DNA of 64,000 nucleotides from Eukaryota sp. GEM-RC1 (Eukaryota). The notes under the pieces were generated by a model. That model had not been told where the DNA came from. It searched no databases and worked only from the letters and a program-made list of their open reading frames with translations. Below, piece after piece: positions 62,109 through 64,000 of this stretch. A program made the position numbers and the translations under genes. Where the stretch lies: contig JAUFOQ010000010.1 in the NCBI GenBank assembly GCA_040285855.1, positions 1,364,001 through 1,428,000 of the forward strand, read 5' to 3'. The number at the start of each line of letters is the position of its first letter. The first letter of the stretch is position 1.

Positions 62109-63504
62109 CCTAGATTCTATTAAGTTAGTTTCTTTGCGTTGTTCATTGTTCCTTAGACTGTTTTTGTCTTGCTGTAGTACGTGAGCTACTAATCACTGTT
62201 TTGATTGAAATTCTTGGGGGTGTGTTATTGAACACTGCTTCCGTTGTATTACATTAACTCTATGAAGTTATCTTGGTCACGTGATCATGAACCTCAATAA
62301 ATGTTGTATTTACTCATGCAAGTCAGGTCAATTATCTCATATGATTGCTGAGAAAAGCCATAAAATCCAAGGTTGTATTATAACAATCATAACTTAATTA
62401 GTCTTACTGAGACTATTTAAAACATATTCAAACTTTCTTTGTATAGTTTAATCGAGAAAACACTATTGATCGTTGGGAAATACAGTCTTATGAAGACAAT
62501 CACCATGTCCTTTTTCAATTTCTCGAAAGTACAATTGGCTATTTTTTCGTTGTAAATGAAAGTCTACAGAGAATTCAAGTCTAACCAGGGCTGTCCAAGA
62601 ATTAATTTTTTCCATAAGATTAGTCTTTAATTTGGGTTACATACAATACCCTAAAATGAGAATTACGGAAATTGATTTATTGGTACTCAAATAATACAGA
62701 AATTACTTGACGAACAAGTGTGTCCCATAAAATCAAAAGACAGTTGTAAATCTCAAATATTCAATAATGTAATTAAATATATACTCCGGTTTCTCTCTCA
62801 CTTTTTTCACAAACAGAACAAAATGTCAACATGTACGATTGACTACTCTTTAAGAACAGGTGATAATAGCAAATTTGTTTATTCTTCCTTCACGACTGGT
62901 GCACACTGCCTTAGCTCACTTCAACACTCAAAATGATAGTTCTGATATACTTGCTTCGGGAAATCATGAACTTTTTACACAGGTAAAATCTGTGTATTTC
63001 CTTAGGTCGAGCCGTTCAATAGCTCCTTCTAAAACTGAAATACCAATATCATAGTATCTGACTAATAAACATGTTAGACTAATAAACACAATATAGATAT
63101 CACAACATTTATTCGCTTTCATGACGTAAATTAATTTCGTAACAAAATTTCGGAAATTAATTAACGGACATGATCTAATACAAATAATATTCTGTGGTTC
63201 AGTCTCGTTGCAAAATAGAACAGTACTACACTTTTTCACTAGAACTAGTGACTTCACTAGTGCCAACCAGTGCTGATTGACGCATTGTTTATCATTCAAC
63301 AACTCCAACACATCAGCAATACATCATGTGATACATCAGTTCTTTTCTAGCTTTACAATCAATTCAACTATTGATAGTAATTGATGTTCAGTGTTCTTAG
63401 TAACATTCAAGATGAAGCAGATTTTATAGTCTAACAATTTCTAATTATCCATTGTACTCAATGCAAAAATATCAGGGTGATTGGAATTTCTGACTAGCAT
63501 TGAT

Positions 63505-64000
63505 TTAAACCATTTTATTAACCCAAATAATAGAATTAGCAAACAACTTGTGTCCTTCAGTTGAACTTGACCAATTCCATCCACCAGAATTAGCATCACT
63601 AGACCCACAAAAGAACCCAAACTCTACAAGTCTACCTCCACCAACTTCTTTCTTTGCAATTAAAGGAATTCCAGAATTAACAGTAGCTAATAGAGTTCCA
63701 TTAACAGACTTTTGAGTTTGAAAACCACAGTTAGTAGAAAAACTGTTTACATTAAGAAAAATAGGATCATTTGATAGAGTTTTTACCATGTCAAGTTGAG
63801 TTTGTCCGTTAAGATAGTTACCATCACCACCACCATTGAAACAAGAATTACTAAATCCTCCTTGGATATTACTTGGCCAACAATTAAACAAAACAAAACC
63901 CTTGCCTTGGTTTAAAAACTGGTCAAGAAATTGACCTGGACAAGGACAACAATGACTTTCAACAACTAAAACATCATAGTTTTCAAGTTCTTCAAAGCTT
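63505..64000 (-). CDS. TRIM-like family copy H, 3' part (runs off the window)
   Basis: SFEELENYDVLVVESHCCPCPGQ..KLFANSIIWVNKMV* on the minus strand. Confidence 0.9.
   Translation of the reverse strand, partial: SFEELENYDVLVVESHCCPCPGQFLDQFLNQGKGFVLFNCWPSNIQGGFSNSCFNGGGDGNYLNGQTQLDMVKTLSNDPIFLNVNSFSTNCGFQTQKSVNGTLLATVNSGIPLIAKKEVGGGRLVEFGFFCGSSDANSGGWNWSSSTEGHKLFANSIIWVNKMV

Noticed and set aside
14100..64000. Diversity-generating retroelement as the source of the variable patches
   Set aside because: No DGR-type RT or non-coding template repeat is visible, differences involve all four bases plus in-frame indels, and the RT-related pieces here are decayed gypsy and LINE relics. A genome-wide search for a copy with A at all variable sites would settle it.

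Overview
AT-rich, gene-dense, intron-poor DNA from a microbial eukaryote using the standard genetic code. Bases 1-8200 are a nest of transposons: IS630/Tc1-type, a broken hAT, a Ty3/gypsy relic, and a MULE fragment split by an intact hAT with TIRs and an 8-bp TSD. Single-copy housekeeping genes (CDC50, a cullin, dynamitin, GCP3, a kinase with PBZ-like fingers, Brl1/Brr6, ITFG1, FA2H, Dpy-30) are interspersed with eight full or partial copies (A-H) of a TRIM-like family. The full architecture is RING, B-box1, B-box2, coiled coil, then a C-terminal alpha/beta domain resembling class-I GATase-like/ThuA folds. That domain has a nearly invariant framework and six short hypervariable patches shared in mosaic fashion among copies. 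With a neighbouring RING-B-box-LRR gene, this looks like a diversifying receptor/E3-ligase repertoire; the immune role is inference. Other highlights are a ~7.5-kb duplication ending inside TRIM genes, a hAT MITE splitting Brl1/Brr6, 28-31-nt introns, and ~60-bp pogo-like hairpin elements. Several single-base frameshifts fall in homopolymer runs and are probably assembly errors. All family calls are by eye from motifs; no searches were run.
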